The translations under genes were made by a program, and so were the position numbers. Positions 15,040 through 30,670 of a stretch of DNA of 64,000 nt are shown here, piece after piece. The notes under the pieces are model-generated. The model was given only the letters and a program-made list of their open reading frames with translations, was not told the origin of the DNA and did not search any database. The stretch is from the human T2T-CHM13v2.0 reference genome, Homo sapiens: NCBI RefSeq assembly GCF_009914755.1, contig NC_060925.1; one strand, 5' to 3'. Position 1 is the first letter of the stretch, and each line of letters opens with the position of its first letter.

Positions 15040-17187
15040 TGATATGGGTAGGCTTTGTGTCCCCACCCAAATCTCATTTTGAACTGTAGTTCTCATAATC
15101 TCCACATCTTGTGGGAGGGACCCTGTGAGAGGTAATTGAATCTTGGGAGTGGTTACCTCCATGCTGTTCTTGTGATAGTGAGTTCTCATGATATCTGATG
15201 GTTTTACAAGGGGCTTTGCCCCCACTTCCCTCTGCACTTCTCCATCTTTCCGCCCTGTGAAGAAGGACATGTTTGCTTCCCCTCCACCATGATTGTAAGT
15301 TTCCCTGAGGCCTCCCCAGACATGCTAAACTGTGAATCAACTAAACTTCTTTCCTTTATAAATTACCCCCAGTCTTGGATATGTCTATATTAGCAGTGTA
15401 ATAATGAACTAATACCATTGATTGGTACCAGGAGTGAGGTGCTGCTGTAAAGATCCCCAAAAATGTGGAAGTGACTTTGGAACTAGGTAACAGGCAGAGG
15501 TTGGCACAATTTGGAGTTCTCAGGAGAAGAGAGGAAAATGTGGGAAAGTTTGGAACTTCCTGGAGACTTAGAGGGCTCAGAAGACCAGAAGAAGTGAGAA
15601 AGTCTGGAACTTTCTAGAGACTTGTTGAATGGCTTTGACCAAAATGCTGATGGTGATATGGACAATGAAGTCAAGGCTGAGGTGGTGTCAGATGGAGATG
15701 ATGAATTTGTTGGGAACTGGAGTAAAGGTCACTCTTGCTATGCAGAGACTGGTGGCATTTTGCCCCTGTCCTAGAGATCTGTGGAACTTTGAACTTAAGA
15801 GAGAAGGTTTAGGGTATCTGGTGGAAGAAATTTCTAAGTGGCAAAGCATTAAAGAGGAAGCAGAGCATAAAAGTTTGGAAAATTTGCAGCCTGATGATGT
15901 CGTAAAAAAGAAAACCTCATTTTCTGGGGGGAAATTCAAGCTGGCTGCAGAAATTTGCACAAGTAATGAAGAGCCAAATGTTAATCACCAAGACAATGGG
16001 GAAAATGTCTCCAGGGCATGTCAGAGACCTTCACTGAAGCCCCTCTCATCACAGGTCTGGAGGCCTAGGAGAAAAAAATGGTTTCCTAAGTAAGGTCCAG
16101 TTTCCCCCTGCTGTGCACAGCCTAAGGGCTTGGTGGCCTTGATGTCCAGGCAGAAATTTGCTGCTGGGATGAAGCCATCACGGAGAATGCCAGGGCAGAG
16201 AAGGGAATGTGGGGTTAGAGCTCCCACACAGAATTCCCACTAGGGCACTGCCTAGTGAAGCTGTGAGAAGAGGGCCACCATCCACCAAATCCCAGAATGG
16301 TACATCCACTGACAGCTTGCACTGTGTGCCTGGAAAAGCCGCAGGCACTCAACACCAGTCCCTGAAGGCAGCCAGGAGGGGTGCTGTACCCTGCAAAGCC
16401 ACAGGGGTGGAGCTGCCCAAGAACATGGGAGCTGACCTCTTGCATCAGTGTGACCTGGATGTTAGACATGGAGTCAAAGGAGATAATTTTGGAACTTTAA
16501 GGTTTAATGACTGCCCTATTGAATTTCAGACTTTCATGGGGACTGTGACCCCTTTGCTTTGGCTAATTTCTACCATTTGGAATGAGTTTATTTACACAAT
16601 AACTGTACCCTAACTGTATCTAGGAAGTAATTAACTTGCTTTTGATTTTATAGGCTCATAAGTGGAAGGTATTTGCCTTGTCTCAGATAAAACTTTGAAC
16701 TTGGACTTTCGAATTAATGCTGAAATGAGTTGAGACTTTGGGGGCCTTTGGGAAGGCATGATTATGTTTCAAAATGTGAGGACATGAGATTTGGGAGGGC
16801 CTAAGGGTGGAATGATATGGTTTGGCTTTGTGTCCCCACCCACATCTTATCTAGAACTATGGTTCCCATATCCCCATGTGTTGTGGGAGGGACCTGGTGG
16901 GAGGTAAGTGAGTCACAGAGCAGTTACCTGCATGCTGTTCTAGTGATAGTGAGTATGTTTCAATAAGATCTGATGGTTTTATAAGGGACTATTTTACCTC
17001 TTCACTCTGCACTTCTCTGTCCTGTTGCCCTGTGTAGAAGTACGTGTTTGCTTCCCCTTCCACTGTGATTGTAAGTTTCCTGAGGCCTCCCCAGCCATGC
17101 TGAACTGAGTTAATTAAACCTCTTTCCTTTATAAATTACCCAGTCTCGAGTATGTCTTTAGTAGCAGCATGAGAATGGACTAATATA
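15040..17187 (+). mobile_element. THE1D-like MaLR element with both LTRs (5' LTR 15040-~15416, internal ~15417-16812, 3' LTR 16813-17187)
   Basis: Both LTRs begin tgatatgg..tgtgtccccaccca and end ctaata(c/t). The internal region starts attggtaccagga, and a purine-rich tract precedes the 3' LTR. 5-bp TSD aatgg/gatgg. Confidence 0.95.
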
Positions 17188-17222
17188 GATGGGAATGACA
17201 GGGAACTGACATGAAATAAATC

Positions 17223-17370
17223 TGTATTAATTTCTGTGGGTTTCCACAACAAGTACCATGAAATGGGTAGCTTGAAAGAATGGAAGTTTATTTTTTCACA
17301 GTTCTAGTGGGTAGAATCCAAAATTAGGTTATTGACATAGACCATGCTTTTTCTCTGAATAGCTCCAGAC
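17223..17370 (-). mobile_element. MLT1 (C/D-like) LTR 3'-end fragment
   Basis: tgtattaatttctgtggg..acaacaagtaccatgaaatgggtagcttgaaagaatggaagtttattttttcacagttct matches the reverse-strand MLT1 end. Confidence 0.7.
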
Positions 17371-19145
17371 TTATTCGGAGAAGTCTGGTTTCTATTTCCC
17401 AAATCTCCCTGTCACTAATCTAATCTTGGTCATTCCAAGACTCAACATCTAATTGAGAGTGACCATCTCACCTTTTAGGCAAAGTAGAAACAAATTAACC
17501 CACATTTTTCTGCCCACTGGAAGAATATCACTTTCCATAATCCCTAAAGGCCATTCTTGGTAAAGTCGTAATGTCTAAACAGACTACTTCTGATTAGATT
17601 TGGTGCCACCTATACAGGCTTCTATAAATAACACTAAAGTTTTTAAATTCTCAATCACACAGTTATAAGAACTTTACCATGAAATTATAGTTGTGGGCTA
17701 TGCGATCGATGGCACTTTGAAAATGGTAACACATATTTAGAATAGGCAACTTTCTCATTCAAATTATTTCTGCCTTTAGGACAATTTGGATCTAACCCAT
17801 TTATTATCATACTGTTGAATTCACCTAATGGCACCTAGTTTATGATGAGCATTTTCTGGTGTCCTATGATGAAACATTGAGTTTCCAGATATTCTCAATA
17901 ATAAATCAAGAAATGATTACTTGCTAGAGACTGCATTCTAGTTCCTGTCCCTTCTCTGCCTATTGATCAACTTTTTCTCCCTTAATTCTATTAACTATAC
18001 TGTATAATTGATTTCACTTAATTCTAATCTGACATAAGAGAATTTATTTCTCATAACAGCAAATGAAGAATTCTAATACAAAATTGACACTGAGAGCTTA
18101 ACATTTATTTGGCACATGGCTTCAGGTCAATAAAAGAAGCAATAGGATATGAACCAATATTTCAGTCTTTTGGTTCACCTCAACCCAATAACCAACTTCA
18201 AATACTCACATTTCCAAGGTTGTATTGCTTATATAACCTACTGTTGTTACCTATTTAGATATCCATTATGGATATTTGGCAGCAAACAGAAACAGATTCT
18301 CATTATCTTAAAATTTAAAATAACTTTACCAAAAGGAAGAACTCATTGGAAAGAAATTGCACAGTTTACAGAATTGAAAGAAGGACTGAAAAGCAGAACA
18401 AGTCTTTAAACAAGACATCCAGGAACAGGATATTTTTAATGTATAGCATACACCTAAAAATACTACTAGGTAAACTTGCAGAGGAGCAGTGCCTTTGGCT
18501 ATGTCTTTAGATCTGAATCAATGACCTTTTCATACAAGCTTCTCATTATATGTTTTCAAATTCATTCCAAATCTCACATTCTGAGAGCCTTCTGAGTTGT
18601 ATCATACATGGATAATTTGCATTATGAGTTTTATCCACGTATGATAAAACTCTGAAGGCTTTCAAAATGCACCTAAATAATGTTTTACTCAATGATACTT
18701 GTATAATTCGGTGGGTGAATTTATGAACATTTCTACTTCCACTTTTAGGCTTTTGCCTAAAAAACAAAGCTGACATTTAACCACAGCCAATGTCACTTTT
18801 CCTGATATGTAGACATCTTACTATATTAGTATTATGGCAGATATCTTCCCAATAGTGATTATAATAGAGATTTGTTGATTCATTAAGTGCTATATTTTTT
18901 ATTTTACCATTAAAATTAAAACAAAATGGACAGTTATATGAAATTGACATGTTTAAATATACCCAGAGAGAAAAATATTCTCACAGTCATATTAATTCAA
19001 CAGATTTAAGAAATCTATAAATTTGCATTTATATATAGAAAGCATGAAGTAGGTAAATCTAAGCCCTAATTTAAAATATGATTCATATGGAAAAGCTGAT
19101 GTTTTTATAGTTTACCAATTCACCTTTCAGAAAGATTTCTTTTAA

Positions 19146-21563
<2,418 letters not shown>

Positions 21564-23879
21564 GAAAAGAATGTAATATCAACCTTGCCACTTATGATGC
21601 AATTCTTTTAAAACTTCTGCTAAGTATTGGGCTGATTCTTCCATAGAAGAGGTTAACAATTCATAAACTGAAGATTCATTAATTTTTCCTTTTCTAATCC
21701 TCTCTACATTAAATCTTTTTCAGTGGCTATTTATTTTTTTAAAAGATCAATGCAGATGCAAAGTAAAATTGTCATCTACTTGCATTCATATTATCTGGAT
21801 ACTTATAAATGCAGAAAATATAGCTATTGAATAGCATTTTTCTTGTGAATATTATGACTGTATTCATTTCACAGGAAGGAATTTGTCTAGATTAATGTGT
21901 TGATTCAGCATCCTTGAATTTTGAACTTGGAAACTTTTGCTCCACTGACTTAAAACAGGCAAGAATTTTTTGAAGTTGTTTTTATTTCATGTTGTTCTAA
22001 GTTCAATAAAAGCTAGAATGACTGCTGATAGGTGTGTAAATTATTTTAGAGAAAAATTTAGGAATAAAGAATTTCCAATTTAAAAAATTAAAGGTACTTG
22101 ATTACATTTATTCATTCAGTAATTCATTGGGCATTTATTGTGTCATTAGACCCTTGTGCCAGGCACTTGCCTAGGTCTTAAGGATCCAGGATTTTTTAAA
22201 AGACTAATTAAATATAATTTTTAATTAAAGAGATACTGATATCACCAAAACTTTTTATCTTAGTAGTAAATCAAAATATTAGTTGATGAAACTCTTCTCA
22301 GGTTCCACCATGGACCCAGAACAAAACCATAGGGATCTTCTTTTCAGTCTTTAATTAAGATCATTTAAAAAAATATCAGTAATCAAGTTTGAAAATTAAA
22401 TGTGCCTTTATCTTTTCATTCTTACATATACTTGGTCATTCAGTTAGAATTTATGCATATATATTAACACCTACACATAGGAGGTATTCTTTCTAATAGG
22501 AATTTACAATCTGATCCATGTATATGCTTTGATTCTATTAAAGGAATAAGCACAGAAATAATTTATTTTCAATGAGTACATTATTTAACATTTTTATATC
22601 AAACTCACCGTTTTTTGAGCTTTTAAAAATTCATTATATCTTCACATCTTTAGATTTTTTTCCCCTCTTGTAAATCCAGACAGAATGACTATTAGCATTT
22701 TGGCATGCTTGACAATGTTATTAGGGGTTTTGGAAGAATCTCAAGGGTTCTTACATGTCAAAATTGTAAGGAAAAATAATTATTTATGAAACTCAATAAG
22801 ATAATTAAAGCCATTCCTTTCTGAGTATTTGAAACTTGGGTCTAATTGTGATATTCAGACAAGGATACAAACTGGAGGCTAAAAGAAAATTTCTGATACC
22901 TATTGATGTTTTAAAAACTGAAAACAAGCAAATATGCTTAAGACTGTGGAAACCCAGTTTCATGAGATTGGACTCAATAGGTGTCTTTGCTATTTTGACA
23001 TTCTGTGATAGTAAGACTGGTTAAATCAAATTCCTACACCAACCATAGTCTTTCATGTACAAACTAAACCATCGTTTTTGCCTCAGACTTACAACACCTC
23101 CCCTGCTTTTGTTCCTTTGGCACCTGGGAATTTTCATGGTCTGCTATATTGAATAGGGCTCTAATTTTGTAACTTGGGAGAGGAAAGGGATATAACTCTT
23201 ATTAGCAAACACAAGGTTACAGAGAGAAGGCTACACGGAATCCTATTTACATAAAAACACCCTACAAACCCTCACGGGAAAAATGATGACGGTTATTTGG
23301 GGATTTTCAGTTCTTTGCACAGCTAGGATTAACATTTCTTAACAGAAACAAAATGCAAGGGGTGTGGGTGAAAACTTACTTTAAAAAAAAACTTACTTTA
23401 AAACTTATTTAAAAAAAAAAATGCATGAAAGCGAATACCCTAGGTCTGGAAGCACTAATCATTAATGGAGAGAAATTCTCATTACAAAATCATATAACAA
23501 GTTTGCATGGATTAAAAAAAGTTAAATGGTAATGGAGAGTCTATTGAAAACTAACAAGTAATAATGTATGTTTGATTATTGCTCCATTAAACATTCCAAT
23601 CTTGATCCTCAGAAACAACGTTTTTGTAACCATTTCTGTCTTTAAATCCTTGGGTAGTGCCATTCATAACTTTAAAATATATACTTTGTGTGTTAACCTG
23701 TTAATTTTCCAGTGTGCAATACAAAATAAAGATTTGTTCATTCATGCTACTCCCCACTTCTTTTACTGAATCCAGCTTTGAAAACTTTTTTACTGCTATA
23801 AAGTTATTTTGTTGGTTAACTAGGTAAAATAGTACACTTGTACTTCTAGTTCTTTTTCCCTCATTTGTTTGCTAATATT

Positions 23880-24900
23880 ATTTGGGTTAACTTAAAATAC
23901 ACTGAGCCCATTTAAAGTGTAAAATCAAGATACAGATTTTCATTAATCCCAAAAGCTTCTTTGTGCATGTTTGTAAACTATAGTTCCCTCCAATCCCTTC
24001 CCCAAACAACCACTAACCTACTTACTATTACTATATATCAGTTTTAATTGTCTTGGGATTTGTATTATTTGAAAGATATAGTATGTATTCTTTTGTTATT
24101 TGATTCAGCAAAATAATTTTTAAATTTATGCATACTCAGGTGATTTAGTAGTGCTTTTCTTTTGTTGTCTTCAAATTACTGAATAATAAGTTATTTGGAT
24201 ATTATTTATAAGTTATGTTATTCTATATATTATTCATATATTTATATATTCTCAATATAAGTCCTTTTTAGATATGTGTATGACAAATATTACCCCCAAC
24301 ATATGGCTTGCCTTTTATTTCTTAATAAAATCTTTTAAAGAAAAAAGATTTTAATTTTGATAAACCTCATTTTATCATTTTTCTTTTATTATTTGTGCTT
24401 GTGTCTTAAAAAAATTGGTTTATCTTAAGATTGCAGATATTTCTTCTAGAAAATTTACAGTTTTAGTTTTTAATTTTTAGAATTATAACCTATTTTATGT
24501 TAAAAATCTGTCACACAAGTATGGATTTATTACTGGACTCTTTTCTGTTCAATTAATTCTTTTATCTAACTTGTTTTTAATAATACTAGAGTTTTAGCAA
24601 TGGATCTAATTGGATAGTAAATATTGAAATGTAACTTTTTATAATGTTTCTGCTTTTTAAAAATTGCTTTGGCTACTTTAGATAATTTGAATTTTGATAT
24701 ACAGTTTAGATTTAGCTTGTCAATTTGTACTAAAACATTATGCTCCAATTTTGAAAGAAATTGTGTTGAATCTATGTCTCAAGTTAGAAAGAATTGACAT
24801 TTAACAATATTGAGATTTCTAATTCATGAACATGGTATACTCTTCACTCTTTTTCAATGTTTACCTATATTTTAGATATTTCGTTAAATTTATGCCTGAG
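23880..24900 (-). mobile_element. Ancient L1M (MC/ME-like) fragments
   Basis: Antisense L1M motifs (aaccactaacctacttact..., tttagatttagcttgtcaatttgtactaaaa, gaattgacatttaacaatattgagatttctaattcatgaacatggtata). Confidence 0.75.
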
Positions 24901-25929
24901 AAATCAATACGTCTATATTTTATTATAAATTAAATCATAGTTTTGATAAAACCTAGGATGACACATGAAGTATGATACCATTTAAATGATTTCAAAATAT
25001 AAAAAATAGCGTTCATATATTTAATTTCTAATGACTATATAGTAAACTTATTTTTTAAACATTCATGAAAATGATATATAGCAAATTGGAGAGGGTACTC
25101 ACTTCTTGGAAGGGGAAGGTAGGGATGATATAAAAAAGAAGTAGAAAGATTTTAGCTATATGTTAATCTTATTTTTCTTATAATCTCTGCATATATATGA
25201 CAAATAAATGTTAACTATTACACTCAATGGTTTTGTGAATGTTAAAATATTTCATAATTAAAGTAAGAGAAAGACAATTGAATATGAAAAGGGTTATTAG
25301 GAGACTATCACATTAGACTATAGAAGAGAGATTGGTTCCTAGAACTAGTGGGGCAGCTTTGGAATTGAAAAGGTTTAGGTAAATTCAATCTGTACTATTC
25401 CACAACACAGCACAGATTCCATAAAAGAGGTAGTAGACAATTTGATGATGTTTTATTCAGTCATTAAAAATGGAAGCATGTGGACAACAGCAGCTCTGTT
25501 AGTGGCAACTTGAATCTTTAAGTGCTAAGGATGAAAAAACGGCAATAAGATAATTGGACACAATTCCCCAGGTGAGTTCCAAATCTCCACGTATTTCACT
25601 TCTGCGACAACACAGCTAAATCTAAATTAAGAAAAACACAAACTTATGTTGACAGGAGGAATTTTAAATTCATAACCTCAAGTGGGTCCTTAAAGCTGCT
25701 TGATCTATTTTCTTTATCTAATAACTTATCGTGTTTGCTTGTTCAATTCAGAATTACAAAGCTCTAAATGTGGTCTACACCTGAATACTCAAAGCTCTAC
25801 ATTTTTTTCTTTTCTTTTCTTAAAGCCTTCTCTCATTCCTCTCAAAGCGTATCTAAATCAATCTTCTAAACAAACAATTAATTCTGATCTTTTTTTTATT
25901 TTAGTGAAACAAACAACAAAGTTGTAGTA

Positions 25930-27720
25930 ATCTGGTCTGGACTCCATCAACCAAATCTTATTCTCCAACACAAGCATATCTGTACCCTCTTTCCTTCCAC
26001 TCAGTCTCACTGTGACACGTCATTTCTCCTTCTCAAGATCAACCTCCTTTACCAATGTTTTTGATTCCCATTCTCTTTCATGATTTTTTCATGAATTATT
26101 TTTTCTGCCTACTTTGATGTCTATTTCTGTTCATTAATGACATATAACCTAAAAGTATTCTTTACATTTACATTACAAGCTTCACATTAATTAAAATTTG
26201 TGCCTCATGTAGATTTTCCCCTAAATTCCTTTCCTTCTTAGGTGAAATTTTGAAGAATGGTCTCTATTTGTGTTTCCACTTTATCACATCCTATTATACC
26301 GCAGACAATTTCAAGTGGTTTTCTCTCTCCATTACTCTAATAAATTTTTTTAATGAAATTACTCAATGACCTTCTAATTGTCATATCTAATCACAAGGAG
26401 CTTCTGGCATGATCTTATTATATACCAGTCTTCTATGGTGCTATCTATGTTTCTTCTTAAACTATTAGGACCCTACTCTGTCTTACTTCCTGTAGTTATG
26501 GGACTATTGTTTTTCTAACAGCTTTGAAGATTCTTCTTTCTTCTTCCTCTGTTTGACCATGATTTAATTATCTCCTCATCATTTGTTTTTATTTTTATTT
26601 TTACTTTTTGTAGAGCCATGGTCTTACTTCTTGGCCAGGCTGGTCTTGAACTTCTCTGACCTCAAGTGATCCTCTCACCTCAGCCTCCCAAAGTGCTAGG
26701 ATTACAGGTGTGAGCCACTGCCACCAGCCTCATGTTATCATTTTTATTAATTTTTATATTGTTCCTGGGCATTTTATTGTGGGTTACCTGATATTTATGT
26801 GGCTGAGTCTAAAATCTAAATCTTTAAATTCACCCCTATCTTCAGACTTATTTATAGGCTGTAGTTTGTAGATACAACTGCCTGTTGGAATCTGCACCTT
26901 GTATCTCACAAGAACCTCAAAATCAACTTTGCCAAATTGCACCAATCATTTATTCCCCAATTCTAAGACTATAAATCTTCTCCTATGCTTTCTACTAATT
27001 TTAGTACACCACTAAGAACTCAGTTGCTAAGATGAGAAATTAATTTGTCTGGACTCTTTCTTCAGTGTTAACACTAATCATCTGCAAGTACTGCCCAACT
27101 TTGCCCTCTCAACCTGTCACAATTTTTCCTCCCTTTGTCATCCCTAATACTATTGTACTGCCTAATTTTTCTATCACCTCTAAGCTGAAAAACTACCATA
27201 ACCTATTAAAATGTTTTCCTTTTTTCTTTCTTCAAGCAGTCTTTTATCATGGCCACCAAGATAGTACGATATACCAATATAATAAAAATTTCCTTCAAAT
27301 CTCTTAAATAGCTTCCCATTCCCAGTAGAATAATTTATCATAATTATACAATGGCATTCAATATTCCCAATATAATGAATACTTCTGTATATTTTAACTG
27401 TTTCAATTCCCTACCTCCAACCTTGAACTCTAGCAAAATGATAAATTGCCAGTATTTCATGAAATACTACATGTTGATATATGCTTCTAGGCCTTTGACC
27501 ATTCTTTTTTCCTTCTTCTTATTTTTATATGTATTATCATTTCCCTATATTTTAAATTGTCTAAATTTTACTCATCTTAGAAAGCTTCAACTTTTAAGGA
27601 CATTGCCACCTATTTAAGTATTACCTTTATTTCTTTATGTTTCCCAAAACCAGATTAGCATATCTCCTCTGTTGACCTATTAGATTACATGATTGTTTTT
27701 AATGGTATGTTTATCTTGTT
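25930..27720 (+). mobile_element. LINE-2 fragment interrupted by FLAM
   Basis: Pyrimidine-rich L2 motifs (caatgaccttctaattgtcatatctaat; cacaagaacctcaaaatcaact). Boundaries approximate. Confidence 0.6.
26582..26729 (-). mobile_element. FLAM_C-like free left Alu monomer
   Basis: T-rich tail followed by a single antisense Alu arm (gtagagccatggtc...cctcccaaagtgctaggattacaggtgtgagccac). Confidence 0.88.
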
Positions 27721-27859
27721 TCCTTTATTTAATCTCTGCAAATACATCTTCCAAAGTAGAGTAAACTCTCTAAGGCTAGAGATCAAATCTTATCATCTTT
27801 TCATCCGAGCTGCCTAACATAACGACTATAAAAATGAAGTGAAAATGAAAGCTAGCTTT

Positions 27860-28376
27860 TGTGGTAGGCAGAATCTTAATATGACTCCCAAGACCCCTAG
27901 CCCCTTGACGTTCATACCTTTTATAATCCTGTCCTGTTGCATGTGGGCAAAACCATGAATATGATGGATTGTCACTCTCATGACTGGGTCCCAAATCAGT
28001 TGTCTTTGAATTAATCAAAAGAGAGATTTTCCTGAATGGGGCTAACCTAATCATGTAAACCCTTAAAGAGAACTGGGCCTTCTGGAAATCAGAAAAACTT
28101 TCCTGCTGTCATTGAAGAAGGAGCTTCCATGAGTTCAACAGCTGCAAGAAAATTAATTCTACTAACAATCATATGAGTTTGGAAAAGTTCACCGAGCTTG
28201 AGGTGAAAACTCAGGTCTAAACAACACCTTAGTTACAGCTTTGTGAGATCCTGATCAGAAGTCCTAGTTAACTGTGGCTGTACTCCTGATCCACAGGAAC
28301 TCTGAGGTAATAAATTTGGTTTTTTAAATTATTAAGTTTGTGATAATTTGTTACATAACAACAGAAAACTAGCATA
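27860..28376 (+). mobile_element. MLT1E/F-like solo LTR
   Basis: Starts tgtggtaggcagaat; ends aataaatttgg...ctaag-like gtttgtgataatttgttacataacaacagaaaactagcata. Confidence 0.82.
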
Positions 28377-29199
28377 CTTTAAAAAATGCTAAACTACAAA
28401 AAGAGCTATGTTTACCTAATTAGCCAAAAGAATTCTAGTCACGGGAGAAGGTTTTCAATAGATCTCTGGTGGTGGTCATGGAAATAGTGGCAATTGCAGG
28501 AACACCTCTGGTGTGTGACCAACAACAATAGCAACATAAGTGGAACAGTGATTGATTTCCACTTGCAGCAATGACTGAATTAAAGAAAGCAATAGCAAAC
28601 TAGGACAGTAACTAAGGAGTAAGAAAATAGGAAAGAGAAGAGTTTGAAAACATGGAGTCTTTGTAACAATACAGTAGGGAGACCTAAAGCAAATATATTT
28701 GCTACTTTTATTTAAGGTATGATTAAATCAAAGATGGTATAAACCTGCAAAGGGGCTATATTAATTAATGATATTTTACTCTACATATTAAAGAGTAAGG
28801 AATCAAGGGAATAAGATGTGGAAAAGTAGTTTATGACATAGAGTAAGAAGTCAAAAAAGTTCTGGAGTTTGGGATGTTGCCTAGCAACTAGGATGTTGTT
28901 CCACAGTCTTTGGATTTAATTGAACTTATGAAGTTTTGTTGCAAACAGACACAGGGAGGTAAGCTCAGAAAATATAAAAATTAATGTACCTTTAGCAAGG
29001 CTTTAGGCAGACCTGATAGATTTTCAAGATAAAACAACTCTGTTTGCTATTATTCTGACATAGCTTAGTTCCTTTGCTCTATTTCTATTACCTTTCTATC
29101 TCCTCTTTTAGTGTTTACTTGTTTGTCAGATAATTTCCTCACTTATATCTTCCTCAAATGACTTTTCTAACCTGGATAAAACATAATAATAATTTCATT

Positions 29200-30670
29200 C
29201 CCTTTGTTGTTGATTGAGTTACCAAACACTGACCCATAAGGCAGGAAGTCAAGTTTTCTGGAGGATTCTGGAAGGATTCTTGAGGGATTCCGGAGTTGTC
29301 TAGAAGGATTCTTTCTCATACAAAAAATTGAATAGCCAGAGAAGAAATGGCTAATTTTCTTGTTACAGGTGCTGTTGGTAGTGGGTTGTAGTTGTTAAAT
29401 TGTTGTAGCCATTTTGCTTCTGGCTTGAGAATAATGCCATGCATAGTTCATTATTCACTGGGAAGTGGAGCTGGAGCTTTAACATGTAGCCCCTGACTAT
29501 ACCTGCTTCTGAATTTTTTATGTAAGGAAATATAATTTTCTAGTTATTCAATCCAGTTTAGGACAGGGTCGTTGTATTAGTCTGTTTTCATACTGCTCAT
29601 AAAGACATACCTGAGACTAGGCAACTTACAAAAGAAAGAGGTTTAATTAGACTTACAGTTCCTCATGGCTGGGGAGGCCTAACAATCATGGAAGAAGGCA
29701 AGGAGGAGCAAGTTACATTTTACATGGATGGCAGCAGGCAAAAAGAGAGATGACTTGTGCAGGGGAACTCTTCTTTTAAAACCATCACATTTAGTGAGAC
29801 TTATTCACTATCACGAGGAAAGCATGGGAAAGGCATGATTCAATTACCTCCCAGAGGGTCCTTCCCACCACATGTGGGAATTCAACCGGAGATTTGCCTG
29901 GGGACACAGCCAAACCATATCTTTCTGCCCCTGGCCCCTCCCAAATCTCATGTCCTCACATTTCAAAACCAATTATGCCTTCCCAACAGTCCTCCAAAGT
30001 CTTAACTCATTTCAGCATTAACTCAAAAGTCTGCAGTCCAAAGTCTCATCTGAGACTTTCTCAGCCTGAACTTTATTGCCCATATCACTATCAGGCTTTT
30101 GGTCAAAACCATTCAACAAGTCTCTAGAAAGTTTCAAACTTTCCCACATTTTCTTCTCTTCTTCTGAGTCCCCCAGACTATACCAACCTCTGCCTGTTAC
30201 CCAGTTCCAAAGTTGCTTCCATAGTTTTGGGTATCTTTTCAGGAGAACCCTACTCCTGGTACCAATTTACTGTATTAGTCTGTTTTCATGCTGCTGATAG
30301 AGACATACCCAGGAGTGGGTAATTTACAAAAGAAAGAGGTTTAATTGGACTTACAGTTCCACATGGCTGGAGAGGCCTAACAATCATGGCAGAAGGCAAG
30401 GAGGAGGAAGTCACATCTTACATGGATGGCAGCAGGCAAAAAGAGAGATGACTTGTGCAGGGGATCTCCTGTTTTTGAAACTACCAGATCTCATGAGACT
30501 TATTCACTATCATAAGAAAAGCACGGGAAAGACTTTCACTCATGATTCAATTACCTCCAACTGGGTCCCTCCCACAACACGTGGGAATTCAAGATGAGAT
30601 TTGCATGGGGACACAGTCAAACCATATCAGTAGTCTATTAGCTTCAGTTAGAAAGCATTGAAACATGTAA
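29200..30670 (+). mobile_element. Old MLT1 (J/K/L-like) LTR split by the THE1A insertion
   Basis: The MLT1-like 3' end (ttcaatccagtttaggacagggt | ctattagcttcagttagaaagcatt) continues across the THE1A element. Confidence 0.55.
29573..30629 (-). mobile_element. THE1A-like element with two LTRs (29573-29922, 30271-30629) and only ~350 bp of internal sequence
   Basis: Two direct ~350-bp LTRs (tgtattagtctgttttca...caaaccatatc) share the segment aaaagagagatgacttgtgcagg. TSD gtcgt/gtagt. Confidence 0.95.

Noticed and set aside
15629-16613. 154-aa and 134-aa ORFs
   Set aside because: They lie in the THE1 internal region as broken MaLR reading-frame remnants, not host genes.
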